Source: Lama glama | Taxonomy: Eukaryota | Length of the DNA stretch: 64,000 nt | Direction: 5' to 3' | NCBI GenBank assembly: GCA_028534125.1 | Contig: CM052816.1 | Span: 79,982,001-80,046,000, forward strand | Shown here: piece after piece, positions 23,816 through 38,071 of the stretch | Numbering within the stretch: position 1 is the first letter of the stretch | How the letters are laid out: each line of letters starts with the position of its first letter | The notes under the pieces: generated by a model | Seen by the model: the letters and a program-made list of their open reading frames with translations, nothing else | What the model was told of the DNA's origin: nothing | Database searches by the model: none | Made by a program: the position numbers and the translations under genes

Positions 23816-25779
23816 TGATTAGGCTTGAATTAGATGATCTGCACGGTTCCTTTTTTTGATTCATCCTCTATGAGTCTTTGAATATTTACAATTTAGGACG
23901 GATGGTCCACTACCCTTTCAGAGGCAGATAATGTGTTAAACTGGCAAATTTTCTACTATGCTCCTTCAAAATCACATTTTAAAGGGCTCCAGAGAAAACA
24001 TTCACAGACATGAAATTACCCATTTTAGTGAATATGGCTCACTTTTCCAGGAGACTGTTTAAACAGACGCTATTTCAACAGAGCACATTCGGCCACATTC
24101 GCAAGTTCAGGAAGCCATATGTTATGCTCCGGAGACATGTGTAATGTGTCAGCTATGAAGGGCAGCATGTGGGAAAGGCAGACCTTACCTTCCATGTGGG
24201 CTCCAAACATTCCTGCTAATATATCACAAATGGGATTTTCAATGGCTGGCCTGTAAGTGTCTTATTCATCAAATCATTTCCAAATGACACTCACTTGCTT
24301 CAGAGCTTTCCCATGAAGCTTGGCCTTTGGAAGGACCTGCCCGCCTCCTGCAAGGGTAACAGACATCATGTCCACTGTGTGATGAACGCTGCGGCTTTGG
24401 CAACTGGCAACGTCTGCCCTTGGCCAGACGTGGCATCACCTTCTTTTATTTTGGTTTAATCACCAGCACTTAAAAAACCAGTGGAAACTCAGTGGTCACA
24501 GACATCTGGCTAGTGGGCAGGTTTGAGTTCTGGAATATACCAACCCAACCAAAATAATCCAGTGGCACAGAACAACCCAGGAAGAGAAAGAGTTTTCTTT
24601 GACCTTTTTTTTTAGGAGAGATGCTAAAAGCCTAAGGATCAAAACCTCGCACAGCTCCTGCTGGATGGAGGCTGGGCAGTCCGCGGGAGGAGTCTGAGAC
24701 ATTATCTTTGGAAAGACTGCATCGCTCTCTCTAGTTTACAGAGAGTAGGCTGTTTTGCCAAGATAATCAGTAAGGCTAAAATGAAAGTTAGACAGAGTAG
24801 ACAGTGTTTTCACCACTGGGAAGGTTTCAGAGTCATACCATCCAGAAAAAAAAAAAAAAAAGCACACACCTCATATTTTAAGACAGAGGACAGGAAACCA
24901 ACAAGATTTGGGCCAGATGGCATTTTCCCCTGTTGACTGTACCAGCAGTACTTATTAGATATTCATCTATAGGTACAAAGTAATTTTAAATTCTATAGAT
25001 ATGCCATTCATGTATTTGTTCGTTCATTCATTCAAATATATACTTACTGCCTTTTACATGATTGGCATAGTTTTTACTGAATTTTCTAGGTAGGTGAGAT
25101 CAAACAGAGCAATGTGAGAAGTATGCCAACAAGACCAGACCTCAGAGTGCTCAACAGAGTAAAACAGGGAATCAGCACAATAAAAGGGAGGGACACCTCT
25201 CACGGGGGCAGGCAGGGAAGGCTCTCGACTGGATCATGAACTAGGCCTTAACAATGCATAATATTTAGATTAATGGAGAGAAGACACAACAGTTGAAAAA
25301 TGCAGGATGTATTTAGTAAGAGTGTTAATAGTCAGTAGATCCAAGTGAGGTCTTATAAGACTGTTCTCTTTAGCATCCATAGTAAACCCAGGAAATTGCC
25401 ATCACATTAGGACTTAAAAATCTGACAATTCTCGTTTTAAACAAGCCCCGCGCTTCAGAAAGAGCTTTCCATATAATGCCAGTAACTTACATATACATAT
25501 AATGTCAGAACACACAAGTTCACCTAAAATGCGTCCCCCCCCCATGTTTTTATGTCAGATTATCCACACACACAGGTTACAGTGTCTCTGCGAATCACCC
25601 CAGAATCAACCTGCCAGCCTCCCTTTAGTGGACTGTGCCCGAGATCGCTGAGGTCTTTTCCACATCAATGCCGACTGCTGTGTCACAGGCATAAGCCATA
25701 ATTATAAACACCTCCATCCAGACACAGGCTGTTTCCGCTGCTCGACCCACCAAGAAAACACCCTACCCACTGCTGCCTG

Positions 25780-26045
25780 CCCCCCTCCCCTCACTGCTAA
25801 TCACCTGGACTAGGTTCCTTCTCCCGGCCAGGCTCTCCCCTGCTTTTCTTCCACAGCATTTGGCACCCCTGTATTTCTAAACCATCTTTTTAAAGGTCTG
25901 TCAACCTCTCACTGGCCTAGGAGTCCCAGGGCATGGCCAATGGCCAATGGCCAGCATCTGCCTTGTTCATTATAAAGCCTTGGCCCCTGGCCCACAGCCT
26001 GCCAGATGGCAGGAGCTCGATTCGGAGCTGTGCACGAACAGCTTT
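25780..26045 (+). mobile_element. L2 3' fragment
   Basis: tcttccacagcatt, catctgccttgttcatt, cagcctgccagatggcaggagctc. Confidence 0.5.
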
Positions 26046-27761
26046 GTTTTTCTTCCTTCTCCCTTGGGAGCCAGTGCTAATTAACCCCTTCTCCATTGAT
26101 GACTTCGTCTCAGTCTACAAATGTAGGTACAGGCTCCATAATGCTATCCAATTCCTTCCTCTGACTATGCTGATCAGCATTAAAACATCACTCTAGATCT
26201 AAAAACCATGTCAAATGAGGTTAGAAAAAAAAAGTCTCATGGGAGCAGAAGTAAGTCTGGGAATAGGTCCAGCCAACTTTACCCTACAGGTTCCATCCAA
26301 CTCAACTGGGCTCAAGCACCCATTTATTTATCTGTATCAACTAGGTGTATGTGATACATACAAATATCAGGCACCATGCAAAGTCCTAGGAATAAAAAGA
26401 TGGATATGAAGTAATGTTGACCCTTAAGGAGTTCACTTACTTCTGAAGACAGAAACACACCCAACACCTACTTACATTAGCATTTGTCAGTGCTCGGCCA
26501 GTGTTGTGAACGAAGTCCCATCAAAGCCCAGAGAGGGTACAATTACTACCAAAGATAACTAAAAATGTTATCATTCTAGGAAGTATACTACAGTCCCTAT
26601 TTAAAATTACACAACTGTGATTACACAGATGTAACAACATTACATAATAATATAAACACAATTTTATAGTAATGTAAGTCTACGTGTTAAGTACCATCAT
26701 TGGTTTATTTTACAGATGAGGAAACTGAGGCACAGAGAAGTTAAGAAACACTGAAAGTTACTCTTGGTTCTCTCAAGAGAAGAAAGCTAAAGCAGTTCAA
26801 TTTCAAGAAGATGAAGGGACTTCCTAGGATGCGCAAGACGTAAGTGTGTTTATAGACTGAGGCAAGAAAGGAGTCAGCGGAGAAAGGAGGAGGGAAAAAT
26901 AAAAGGGGGGCGGGGGGAAGAAGTGGGCATTCAACCCAGACAGAAAGCTGATCTTTGTAAATGAGCCAAGTTCTGCCTGGGATATGGTACGAAGGAAGAG
27001 GAGCGTGAGCAGAGATCTGGTGGTAGAGAGGTCAGTTCATGTTTTAAGGCTTCTGTTTCCCCGGGAAAAGCAGGAGGTAAAGTAGGCAGGGTCCGTGGTG
27101 GGCTGAGGAGCTTGAAAAATGTTCCCAGTAGCTAACGTTCCCAACAGCTCCTGGGGGAACGGAGAAAGGAAACCCACTTGGAATGAGTAAAGGGGTTTTC
27201 AAGCAGCCCTGAACGCCCAGCTGAGAGTAGGAATTATAACTCCATAAAGAAACCATTTAGTGGTGTCGTGTGATTTTTCACTAGAAGCATTAGTAGGATG
27301 GGGGCAAGGGGTGGTAGCTTGACCCACGACTGGGGATGAAAAGACAAGTAGAGCAGAGATTCCAGGGTCAGGAGGATGGGAGGTGCCAGTGGGCAGGTAT
27401 CTAAAAAGACCAGGGAATAAGGTTAAGGTCTAGGGCACAGTCCTATAGACCAGAGACAGGGTGTCGGATGGTAACTTAGATGAATGTTAGAGTTCCCAGA
27501 ATGATGGCAGAAAGGAAAAACAGGGGGTGGCAGCCAAATTCCAGGAGAAATAGCCCTCAAAAGATGGTGAAGAAAGTGAGATGAGAGTGGCCCAGCATAA
27601 CCCAAAAGAATGTTAAGAGAGAAAGGCGTAATGTGGTTGTAGAGCAAGTAGGTCAAGCCTTATAAAGAAGTGGTTTCCTGTAATTTACTGAGTTTCTACC
27701 ATGTGCTAGTCCCTTCCAGGTGCCCTAAAGAATTGATTTCATTTAAGTCACTCTAAGCACC

Positions 27762-28196
27762 TATACAGCCTTGAATAGTGTCCCTACAAAATTCATGTTC
27801 CCCCAGAATGTGACCTTATTTTGAAACAGGGTCTTTGCACAGGTAATCAAGGTAAGAGGAAGTCATTCTGGATTAGGGACCTGGGCCCCTGGTCCAATGG
27901 CTGGCAAACTTACAAGGAGAGAGAGATGAAGACATGGAGGAAACAGGAGGAAGAGTGTGTGATGACAGAAGCAGAGACTGGGGTTATGCTGCCATTAGCC
28001 AAGTATGGCTGGCAAGGACCAGAACCTAGAAGACGTAAGGAAGGATTCTTCCCCAGAGCCTTTGGAGGGAATATGGCCCTGTCCACACGTTAATCTTGGG
28101 CTTCTAGCCTCCAGATCTGCGAGTGAACACATTTCTGCTATTTAAAGCCACTTGGTTTATGGGAGTTTATTATGGCAGCTATAGGAAATTAACACA
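27762..28196 (+). mobile_element. MLT1 (MLT1C-like) MaLR solo LTR inserted in a minus-strand MIR (about 27680-28330)
   Basis: gaatagtgtccc...cagaatgtgaccttatttt...gggtctttgca; ends ggaaattaacaca. MIR halves flank it (ctaccatgtgctag / tatcctcatttt...gaggaaactg...ggattcaaacccag). Confidence 0.85.
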
Positions 28197-29379
28197 CCAT
28201 CCAGTGGTGTATCATTATCCTCATTTTTACTGCCGAGGAAACTGGTGCTGGGAAGATTATGTATTTCGTACAAAGTCCCAAGGCCAGAAAGTAGACAAAT
28301 CAGGATTCAAACCCAGACCTTTGTCCCTTTTCCACTGCACAGTCCTGCCCCTCACATACGCTCACAGCACCAGGGAAGACCAGGCAGACAGAGGGCAATG
28401 AGGGGGGAACGTGAGGCAGAGGGACAGACCTCAGCCTGGTGGTACTGAGATCAGAAACTCTGAGCTCAAAGTCCCTTTTAAACACAGGAACCACATCTAA
28501 AGCAAACTCAATATGAAACTCAGTATGTGAAATTTAGTCATACAAGAGCAGATAAAGTATGATTATTTATAAGCATGTTCATAGGAAGGTCTCTTTGAAT
28601 AGTAAGCATATATATAAGAGATTTGATTTACTCAAAGAAACATTCATTGCTTAAAGGGAGATACACAGGTAATAATGAATATCTTAAGGTCTGAGCAAGG
28701 CTCTCCCCACACACAGACAGGACCCTTGGGGACGTGTCTGGCTATAATCCAAGCACACACCACAAGTATTTTTGGCATGTACTTGAGCATAATGGGCAGC
28801 CATGACCCCTAAGCTTTGCTCTTTACCCAAGGGGCAAAGGATAGATTTCACATCAAGTATCCAGATGAAATGATTTCATCCACAAAGCCTTAAGCCAAAT
28901 GCTCGAGTGCACTTTAAGTGCCTAAATGGTCAGAGTAAGGGATTGGTGTGGTCTCGTGCCCTGATCATGCCCGGGCATCATTCCCTTTACAGATGGCAAA
29001 TGATTACCAAGGAACAAAATGACAGCTAAAGAAATCTACAAGCAGTGGAAACAGTCCTTGAAGTTACAAATCCTGGGAGAGATCTGACTGCTCTGTATTT
29101 TCTGCTGCCCTCCCCACTTGCTGCACCCCTCTTCCCTACATGCCCCCCACCCCATACATACTCTCCTTTCTGGAACAAGTCAGCTCCACAGGTGAAAGCT
29201 GGAACCTTTAATGGCGTAGGTGTAGTATGACTCCAGGTCCAGGGTATCTCAACTGCCAATGATTTGTTTCCTTGCTTGGGGGCTAAGAGAACATTTGAGG
29301 ACTCCAAGTTTAGGGAAGGAGGCCAAGGTAGCTCCCCCGACTTAGCGTCCCCTGACACAAGCCATGTGTAAGTGGTAAA

Positions 29380-29768
29380 CGACTACAATGATTCAAATCC
29401 TACCCCCATTCCTGTCCACATAGGATCTCAGAATGAGACCTTAATTGAAAATAGGATTTTGAGATAAGAATGGGCCCCAAATCCAATGAGTGGGTATCCT
29501 TATAAGAAGTAAGAGACAAGGAGAAGACGACGTGAAGATGGAGGCAGAGATTAAAGTGATGTGTCTACAAGCCAAGGAACACCACAGACTGCCAACAGCC
29601 ACCAGAAGTTAGGGGAAAGGCATGGGACAGTTTCTCCATCAGAACTCCCAGAAGGAACCAACACTGCCTATGCCTTGACTTTGGACTTCTGGTCTCTGGA
29701 ACTGTAAGAGAATATATTCCTGTTGTTTTCAGCCAACCAGTTTGTGGGAGTCCTAAGAATCTAATACA
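29380..29768 (+). mobile_element. MLT1 (MLT1C-like) solo LTR
   Basis: ctcagaatgagacctta, gtgaagatggaggcagagatt, ctacaagccaaggaacacca, ends ctaataca. Confidence 0.85.
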
Positions 29769-30437
29769 ACGACACATGGAAAGAGGGTTGCTCAGCCAGC
29801 AAAAATGGCCCGCAGAGTACTCCTTCACCCTTGACTGGGGTCAATGGCAATCTTCTGCAGGACCCACAGATGACAAGGATTCGGCTCCTATTTATTCAAA
29901 GTCACCAGGATACAGACCCAGAAATGGTGAACCGGCGGTAAGGTGGCCGTGTAGAGCATCCAGGCTGGTGGGACTGCCAAATTTATTTTAAAAATCTACT
30001 TCTCTACGTTTTTCAAATTCTTTAAGAGGAAAAAGTTTTTATGATTAAAAAAAAATTAACTGTTTAACCCAATGTTTTTCAAGGAGCACGGCTAGGTGGC
30101 TGCATAGAATCACCTAAGTCTCTTGGAAAAAATGAGTGCTAACTTTAAAAAATTCTCCAAGTGATTCTGTTGTCAGCCAGACTTATTCTTCCCTTGACAA
30201 CAATGAAGATGACAAGTTAGCCTGATAGTAACCGCATCTGTATCTGCCATCAAGCTGGACTAGACGAGAGGGTGAATTCAATATTCATCACCTTCTTGCA
30301 CAGAAAGATAGAGTAAGTACCAACAGGCAGTCAAGATGCCCCACAAAGAGAGAAGGACCTTAACCAAACTCATGGTACCCGCCTTCAGTTGAGTCCCCTG
30401 TCTTGATGCCCACACCTTGGTTAGTGATAAACTCAAC

Positions 30438-31200
30438 TGTGATATTGTAAAATACAGTAAGAAATACATATATATATCTGATCTCTTTCTCCATTTCTGC
30501 ACAGAGCTCCCAAAGCCCTTGGAATTTTCTAAGTGATGAAACGGGGTGGGGGGAGTATCTTTTGTTATATTAATGAGGTGGCTTTTGGACCACAACTAAG
30601 GATGGGAGCTGACTGCCAGGAGAAACAATCATGTGATCAGAGGGTGGGAACCGACGTCAGGGGAGGGGAGGGGGGCTGGAAGTTCAATCCACTGCCAATG
30701 GTAAATGACTTCATCAATCACGCCAACGTAAGGAAGTCTCGGTAAAAACCCAGAAGGACAGAGTCTGGAGGGCTTCTGGGTTAGTGAACACCTGGAGATG
30801 TGGAGAGGGCCTGGAAGCTCTGTGCCTATTTCCCACAACTCACCCCATGCTTCTCTTCCGTCTGGCTGATTCTGACCTATATCCTTTTATAATAAACCAG
30901 AGATCTAGTAAAGAAAATGTTTCTCTGAGTTCTACGAGCTGCTCTAGCAAATTCATCGAATCCAAAGGGAAGGTACTCATGGGAACCTCTGATTTATAGC
31001 CAGACATTCAAAAGAACAGTTGATGACCTGGACTTGTGACTGGCATCTAAAGCAGGGGGCAGGCTTGTGGGACTGAGTCCGTAACCTGTGGATCTGATGT
31101 TATTTCCAGGTAGATAGTGTCAGAGTTGGGTTAAATAGTAGGATACCCAGCTGGTGTCAAGGAATTGCTTGAAGGTGTGTGGAAAACCCCCCTTTTTCTC
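30438..31200 (+). mobile_element. MER21-like LTR
   Basis: tgtgatattgt start, cagagctcccaaagcccttggaattt, caatggtaaatgacttcatcaatcacgcc, tataataaacc, aacctgtggatctgatg. Confidence 0.8.
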
Positions 31201-31957
31201 ATCGGTACTAGAGTCTATCATCAGCCAAGCCAGAGACCCTGGCTTTTCTCCTCCGCCACCTCCCCAGCCAGTTACTCACCAACAACTGTTGACAACTGCT
31301 TCTCCAGTTTCTCTTGCACTGACTTGTTTTCCAGCCTACAATCGATGCCTTTAATTAATCCAGTTCAGATCAACAAACACCTTTCTGGTTCCTGCTATTG
31401 CCAGGCATCATGCTAGACACTGCAGAAGGGGGCCTCCTCTTCCCCAAGCTCCGGGGCATAGTGACAGGTTCAGATACTGAGAGACCCAGGGAAGAGGTTC
31501 TGCCACTGATCACTGTTTATCTAGGGCATTTCAATAGCCTCTTAACCTTTCAACTTCTAGTCCTGTTCCTCTCCACCTGCTTCTCCCACACCAACTTCCC
31601 TAGTGGTTAAGTACTCTTGCCTACTGCCCTGGCTCACTTTTTTACACAAAATCATCCACGGCTGTCTCTGGCCAAGAAGAGACCCCATACTCTTTAGCAC
31701 CCCTCCATATATACACACAATTCAAGGTTTTTCTTCATCTGGTTTCAAATCCACTTTGCCCAGCTCTCCCTCTGGCCCCTGTCACAACCCCACACAAATG
31801 CTCCACTCCAGCCAAGCTTCTGGGCTCCAGAATCCAAGCTGTTCTTTCCCCTTCTACATGAAAATACTCAAGGGGTGTTTTTCTCTCATTTTTACCTTGC
31901 CATCTCTCACCACCAAGGAGGCATAAAGTGGCTCCATGCCTTCCATTTTAATGAAGG

Positions 31958-32716
31958 TTTTTTTTGGTTATTAATTGAAGTATAGTTGATTTACAATGTT
32001 GTGTTAGTTTCTGAGGTACAGCTTAGTGACTCAGTTATACATATAAATATTCCTTTTTATATTCTTTTTCATTATAGGTTGTTACAAGATATTGAATATA
32101 GTTCCCCATGCTATACAGTATGATCTTGTTTATTTATTTTATATATAGTAGTTAGTATCTGCAAATCTCAAACTCCCAATCTATCCCTCCCCATCCCCTC
32201 TTTCTCTCATAACCATAAGTTTGTTTTCTATGTCTGAGTCTGTTTCTGTTTTGTAAATAAGTTCATTTGTGTGGTTTTTTTTTTAATATTCTACATGTAA
32301 GTGATAGATGATATTTGTCTTTCTCTTTCTGGCTTACTTCACTTAGTATGATAATCTCTAGGTCCATCCATGTTGCTGCAAATGACATTATTTCATTCTT
32401 TTTTAATGGCTGAGTAGTATTTCATCATGTGTGTGTGTGCATGTATGTATATACAAACTACATTCCCACCAACAGTGTAGAAGGGTTCCCTTTTCTCCAC
32501 AGCCTCTCTAGCAACTTTTGTTTGTGGACTTTTTAATGATGGCCATTCTGACTGGTGTGAGGCAATACCTTACTGTAGTTCTGATTTGCATTTCTCTGGT
32601 AATTAGAGATATTGAGCATCTTTTCATGTGCCTATTTGCCACCTGTATGTCTTTCATTGGAGAAATGTCTGTTTAGGTCTTCCACCCATTTTTTGATTGG
32701 TTGTTTGTTTTTTCTT
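31958..32716 (-). mobile_element. Artiodactyl-type L1 3' end with internal deletion
   Basis: ttgaagtatagttgatttacaatgttgtgttagtttc, ctaggtccatccatgttgctgcaaatg, cattcccaccaacagtgta. Confidence 0.9.
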
Positions 32717-32799
32717 GCATCATATAAGCTGCATTTTAACAAAGTTCACACTAGTAGGCGAAGTATATAATTTTCTCATTTCATGTCTTCGGACAGGCA

Positions 32800-32945
32800 G
32801 GCAATAGAGTGCAGGGCTAGGAGCCTGGATTCTAGGTTCCTGGGTCCAAACCCCGGCTCTATCACTTACTAGCTGTGTAGCCTGGAGAGGTCATTTGACT
32901 CCCTATGTCTCAGTTTCCTCATTTGTAAAATAGAAGGCAACAACA
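32800..32945 (+). mobile_element. MIR SINE
   Basis: cctgggtccaaaccccggctctatcacttactagctgtg, ctcagtttcctcatttgtaaaat. Confidence 0.8.
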
Positions 32946-34099
32946 CATTTAAAAATATTTGACTCCCCAAATAGATTATATTTGATGGCAGAAAGTTTTG
33001 TAGTCTTCCATGGTGCCCACGCTGGTAGTTATCTAGATATTTTTAAATGAATCAATATATTAAAATAAATCTTCTCCAGTTTGGAGGAAACATTCCAGTG
33101 CCCCAATTCATCTTCACTATTTCAAATTTCTATCTACGCCACAACTGGGTTTGGAAGCCTCAAAAACCGGAAAGTGACTTAAATAATCAAAACACTACAT
33201 ACACGTAAGCACATCGTCTAATGTTACCAGAGGTTAACTTAAAATAGGCTGGATATTTTAATATATTTGAGACAAGAGATAGCACTGACTTATTTATATC
33301 AAAATTCTTGTAGTTCTCAAGAAAGGGCATATCTGTTATAGCCTTCCTACACTCCAATAATAGCCAACCCAAAATAAACTCCAATATCCACCCACAGGGG
33401 AAAAAATCTGGTTCCAAGACATTATTTCTGCCTGACGTCTAAAGGCAGAGGGCAGCGATTTGTAAGAGCGCAAGACGAGGGGCCGTGATGTTTATCACCA
33501 GTCTACTCTTTCTGAGGCTTTCCATGAGCATGTGCACAGGAGGCCCTCCTGCACCACTATCTCCCCAGTCCCCTAAGACAAAGGGCCCCATAAAAAGCCC
33601 AAGGAGACTTAACCCTGCAACTGCACATTTTCTAACAAAAGCAACAGACAAGCCAAAACCAAGGACACTGATAGACACAGAGAGTTTTGGAAACTCATCG
33701 AGGTTCCCATATGTGAAGCTTCATTCATTATCCTTTTAGAGCCCACAAGGGACTCCTCCAAAAATGTCATAAGAGTTTTATGATTCAGCTAAATGCCGAC
33801 TGCCCGGTAAACACAGACAAAAATCACCAAAAGAGGGAAAATTCTAGTCAAGCAATATTGGAACTCTAACGTGTGGTCCTGGGCTATGGATTTTGACCTT
33901 GATCTAATAAAGATGTCAGGAATCTGCAGCTTGGACATACACACTGAAAATGAGTCTACTGCTAAAACAATGAAATGATAATTAACAACATGGATGTTTT
34001 CAGAATTCCGAAACTCCATTTTTCAGGACATGCTACATACAACTTATTATCACTTACAGTCAATTTCTACAGAAAGTCACTTGGTGTACACCGAGTGGT

Positions 34100-34215
34100 G
34101 TCCCACAGGTTGTGAGTCCAAGGGCAGGGGCCATGGCTTTCACATCTGTACCCCAGGCACCTAGCACCAGGGCTGACACGTGGCCAGTGATGAATAAATG
34201 TTCGTGGAGTGAATG
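34100..34215 (+). mobile_element. L2 3' terminus
   Basis: agggcaggggccatgg, tctgtaccccaggcacctagcac, aataaatgttcgtggagtgaatga. Confidence 0.7.
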
Positions 34216-34487
34216 ATTGTCTGCATGACTAAAAGGCTCCAGCAAAGCACGGGCTTTTTTAAAAGACAATGTTGCCACTGAAAAGCACCGAGGAAATAGC
34301 CAGCCCTCACAATGCTCCCAAGACAGTCTTTTGTCTTCAATGCAACTACTTAAATATTATCTTGACGTTTTCATCTTGACACCTCCCTGCACTACTGGCC
34401 GTCAACTGACTCTCTTCTATCTATTCTAACAAATCCAAACTCTTTACATTATCAGATCCCCAATCTCATGCCCCCTTATTGAAACGC

Positions 34488-34735
34488 AGTATAATGCAGT
34501 GCTTTAAAGCATGGTCTCATAAGCCAGGCTGCCTAGGGTCAAAGCCTGGTTCCAGCACGTGACCTTGGGCAAGTTCCAACTCCTGTGTGCCTCAACTGTA
34601 AAACAAGAGACAACAAGAGTCACTTCTACCATAGAGTTGTTGTGAGAATTAAATGAATCAAATATTTGCAAGACATTCAGAACAGGGTCTGGCACATAGG
34701 AAGCATTCAGTATGCATTAGCTCATATGATTATTA
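34488..34735 (+). mobile_element. MIR SINE
   Basis: gtgaccttgggcaagtt, gttgttgtgagaattaaatga, tctggcacatagga. Confidence 0.85.
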
Positions 34736-35989
34736 ATCACACTCCTAAGGGAATGTCCTTTCTGTTATTTTGAACAGCGGATCTTTTCCTCTAGGATTAT
34801 TGGCTGATGTTCACATTCACAATATACTCCCACGGCCAAACCCCAACTGACTGACCGGCTACAGCACAGATGAGGGACGCTGTAGACCAGAGAGACGTTC
34901 CAAAGCTCCAGCTGCAACTCTACTCTAAGCTAAGCTACTAAAGTGGTTTGGACCTCGTGAAAAGTCGTCAATGTCTTAAATATCTTGAACGATCTATCAA
35001 TGTCCCATTAAAATGAACTGCAGAATATAAAATTAAGGGGAAACTTGTATCTGCACAAGAAGCTATGGAAAGATGATATCCACAAGCCAGAAATTTCAGG
35101 GAATTTTTTGTAAGTTTAGGTCAGATGGGACAAGTTTGAAAAATGGCCAGTTGGGCCAATGATGATGATGAGCTGCCCTCCTGCCTGCCAGGAAGATGCC
35201 AGAAGAGAACCCAACAAATTCCATTCATGGTGCCTAATTCAGAGGGACAGAGGGAGACGGTAAGGGTGACCACTCGGTATCACCACCCAGCGAACCACAC
35301 GCCAACAGGACACTTGACAAAACATGGGAGGCCAACAGTGCAGACAGGTGTGGCAAGCACCCCGGGCAGGCAAATCTGCCCTGCCCAGAAGCAGGCACCG
35401 GCCCACGGAACTCCAGGCTGCCCGACACTGAACTCTGGCACACACGAGAGCTTCCTGCTGCAACCACCTCAGATTCACCTGCTACTCCGGCTGCTGGACT
35501 TCGGAAACGGCCAAGAGCGGAATGACAACTGTAGATTTTCTCCTTATATTCTGGATTGAAATATTTGCACCAGAGTCTTACAATATCTGATAGAACCCAT
35601 CTTTTCCCACAATTCGGGATGAGCAATGCCCTTCTTCTATAAATAATAGCTGACAGAAACAGCACAGCTCCAGCAAGTCCCACAGAGGGGAATTTCTTTG
35701 AGGACTCATAGCACATTTGTTCCTGTGAAGCAGAATTAATCTTTAAGAAACCAGAGAGCTTTTCTAATGTGTGCTTTCAACTAGATTCAGGAGAAAAATA
35801 TGTCTATGAAACTGCTTCATAGAACAATCTGGCATCAAAGGCGACTGCATGAAGATGCCAAATTTAAAATGTGTTGGAAACAGTGAGAAGACTGAGGAAT
35901 CTAGGAAATTTGGAGTTAAAGGAAAAGACAAGTTTAACTCAAAGGGGAAGAAAAAAGACAATACAAAGGAGAGGGGAAAAAAGATATGA

Positions 35990-36420
35990 AAAAAGGATCC
36001 AGGCAATATATGATGTAGAAAGCTAAGCGAAATAAAGAAATAAAAGAACTAATAAAAGAAAACTACCCTGAGCTAAAGAAAAGCTGGTCTATAAAATGAA
36101 ATGCCTCTCCAAGTTGTAGTGAGAATTAATGAGAGGGGAGGGCAGAGGGGAAAGGGAGCAGTATCTTGAGACACATTTTGCTGAACTTTTTTTCAATTCG
36201 AAGGATGAAGAAAAGCACTACTGGTATCCAAATAAGAAACAGATTATTTTCAAAGGCTCCTCAAATCAGCCTAGCTCAGATTTCTTCAGAACACTCAACA
36301 CCAGGAGGCAGTGGCCCACCACCACCACCAATTTTGAGAGGATCCAAGCATCATGCAGCAATTCTACCTGACAAAGAGTCCTTCAGATGTGCGGAAAACA
36401 AACTCATTCTCACACACCCA
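35990..36420 (+). mobile_element. Ancient L1/HAL1 ORF1-region relic
   Basis: aataaaagaaaactaccctgagctaaagaa, gacacatttt, aatcagcctagctcagatttct, ccaggaggcagtgg resemble a degraded L1 ORF1 C-terminal region. Confidence 0.5.
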
Positions 36421-38071
36421 GAGTTTACACGTGCACTTACTAAATGCTCTTTAAGTTTTCAAAGCCAGGGTCTACTTGACCAAGAAATGAATCAAAATCA
36501 GAACCCCCAAATCTAGAAAATTTGGTTGACGTAAATGTTGTAAAGCAAAAGGGGGAAAATTGTTAACATAGCTATAAAACAATGAGGTTCTAAGTCATCT
36601 TGGAACTTGAAAACGAGGATGCAATGTTGATTGCCACCACTCTATACTAAACATCTAGGCTTGACATTTCAAAGTTCAAGACACCGTATTTTCCTCCTAT
36701 ACACTCTCCTGACATAAAGAGTGGTAATCTTCTTGGAATGAATGACGGGTATTAATTCAGATAACCAAATGATTCCCCATAGTATTTTAAAAAGCCTAAC
36801 CATTCTCAAGATTTGCCTCCAAGATTTTATGCCAGTAGTACCACCTTCCTTAACTTGTCAAAAATCCTACAAGCCCAGCATAAATGCCACCACCTTTAAC
36901 CCCAGCACATCCTGAACTATGTTAGAATCATTCACCTGCTACCTCTGAATCACTCTGTTTAGTATCCTGACTATACCAATTACAGTACTCAGAACATACA
37001 GGGTATTCTACCAATTTTAATAAAGTAAAATGTGGCAACCATAAAGAAGATCACATTTAAAGTTTTCCCGTAACACTAAAGAATTATTTTTTGTGCCTTC
37101 TCTCACTGTTGTCGCAGTTTATTCAAACCCACATTGTATACAGACATTTATAAAAATGATTTAATTTAACCCAAGTTCAATCTACTTAATCAAAAGCCTT
37201 TCCAAAGTGTGTCCATAACTATGGCCAGCTGGGAATCCAAAACACTTGCATTTTTTCATACATCATAATATGAATAGTCCAGCTCTGCACCTCCCCACCC
37301 TTTTTAAAAAAGGTTAAAAATCATCTACTTCAGAGACTTGTTTCGAAGGCTCAACAGGATAATGCATGAAAACCACACAGTAGTATGCTCTGCACATACG
37401 AGGCGCTGAGTAAAGGCTACTACCACAATCACCTGTATCATGTACGCACATTGTGCTCGGCCTGGGGGACCCCCAGGAAATCAAACCCTTAGCCAGGTTC
37501 CCAGCCCGCAGAGCTTGATTCAGATAGGTGAAGAGATGCAGGCGTGTGACTCAACATCTCTGTGCCTGCTAAAACACCATTCCAATTTATTAAGCCCTCA
37601 GCACTTAAACAAACACGGTGGAATTAATTTTCCTGAAACACTTCAGTGATTCCAATAAATCACAGAACAGTCAAGATGTAAGACAAATAGCATTTGGAGG
37701 CTCTCTCTACAAGTTGGAGTGTTCACATTTTCTGGTCTTCAAAATGAAGGTTACAACATAATTTTTTAAGTTACTTGGAAGATTTATATTGTAATAAAGG
37801 CATTTTTCCTAATTACCATATGCCTTTATAAATGCCAAGTAATATTTAGGACATTCAGTTGTTGAAATATAAGCCAGATTGTGGAATGAAGTAATAGTTA
37901 TTAGGCCACGAGAAAAAAACTGACTAAAAGCCTTAAAGTTCAGAAGTTATAAGAAATGTATAAATTCTTCAGTAACTAGTGACATAGAAGAAGTAAAAGA
38001 TAAAAGAGCTGATGCAAGTATATATTCAAGCTTTTCATTAATAGAACCTCCTTAAAAACATTTTTATATCA

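Noticed and set aside
35143..35716. Longest ORFs in the track (138 aa plus strand, 160 aa minus strand)
   Set aside because: No recognisable domain or splice context; overlapping open frames in a locally GC-richer patch are expected by chance.
36129..36516. Intact L1 ORF1-like coding region
   Set aside because: Highly degraded and frameshifted; annotated only as an ancient repeat relic.
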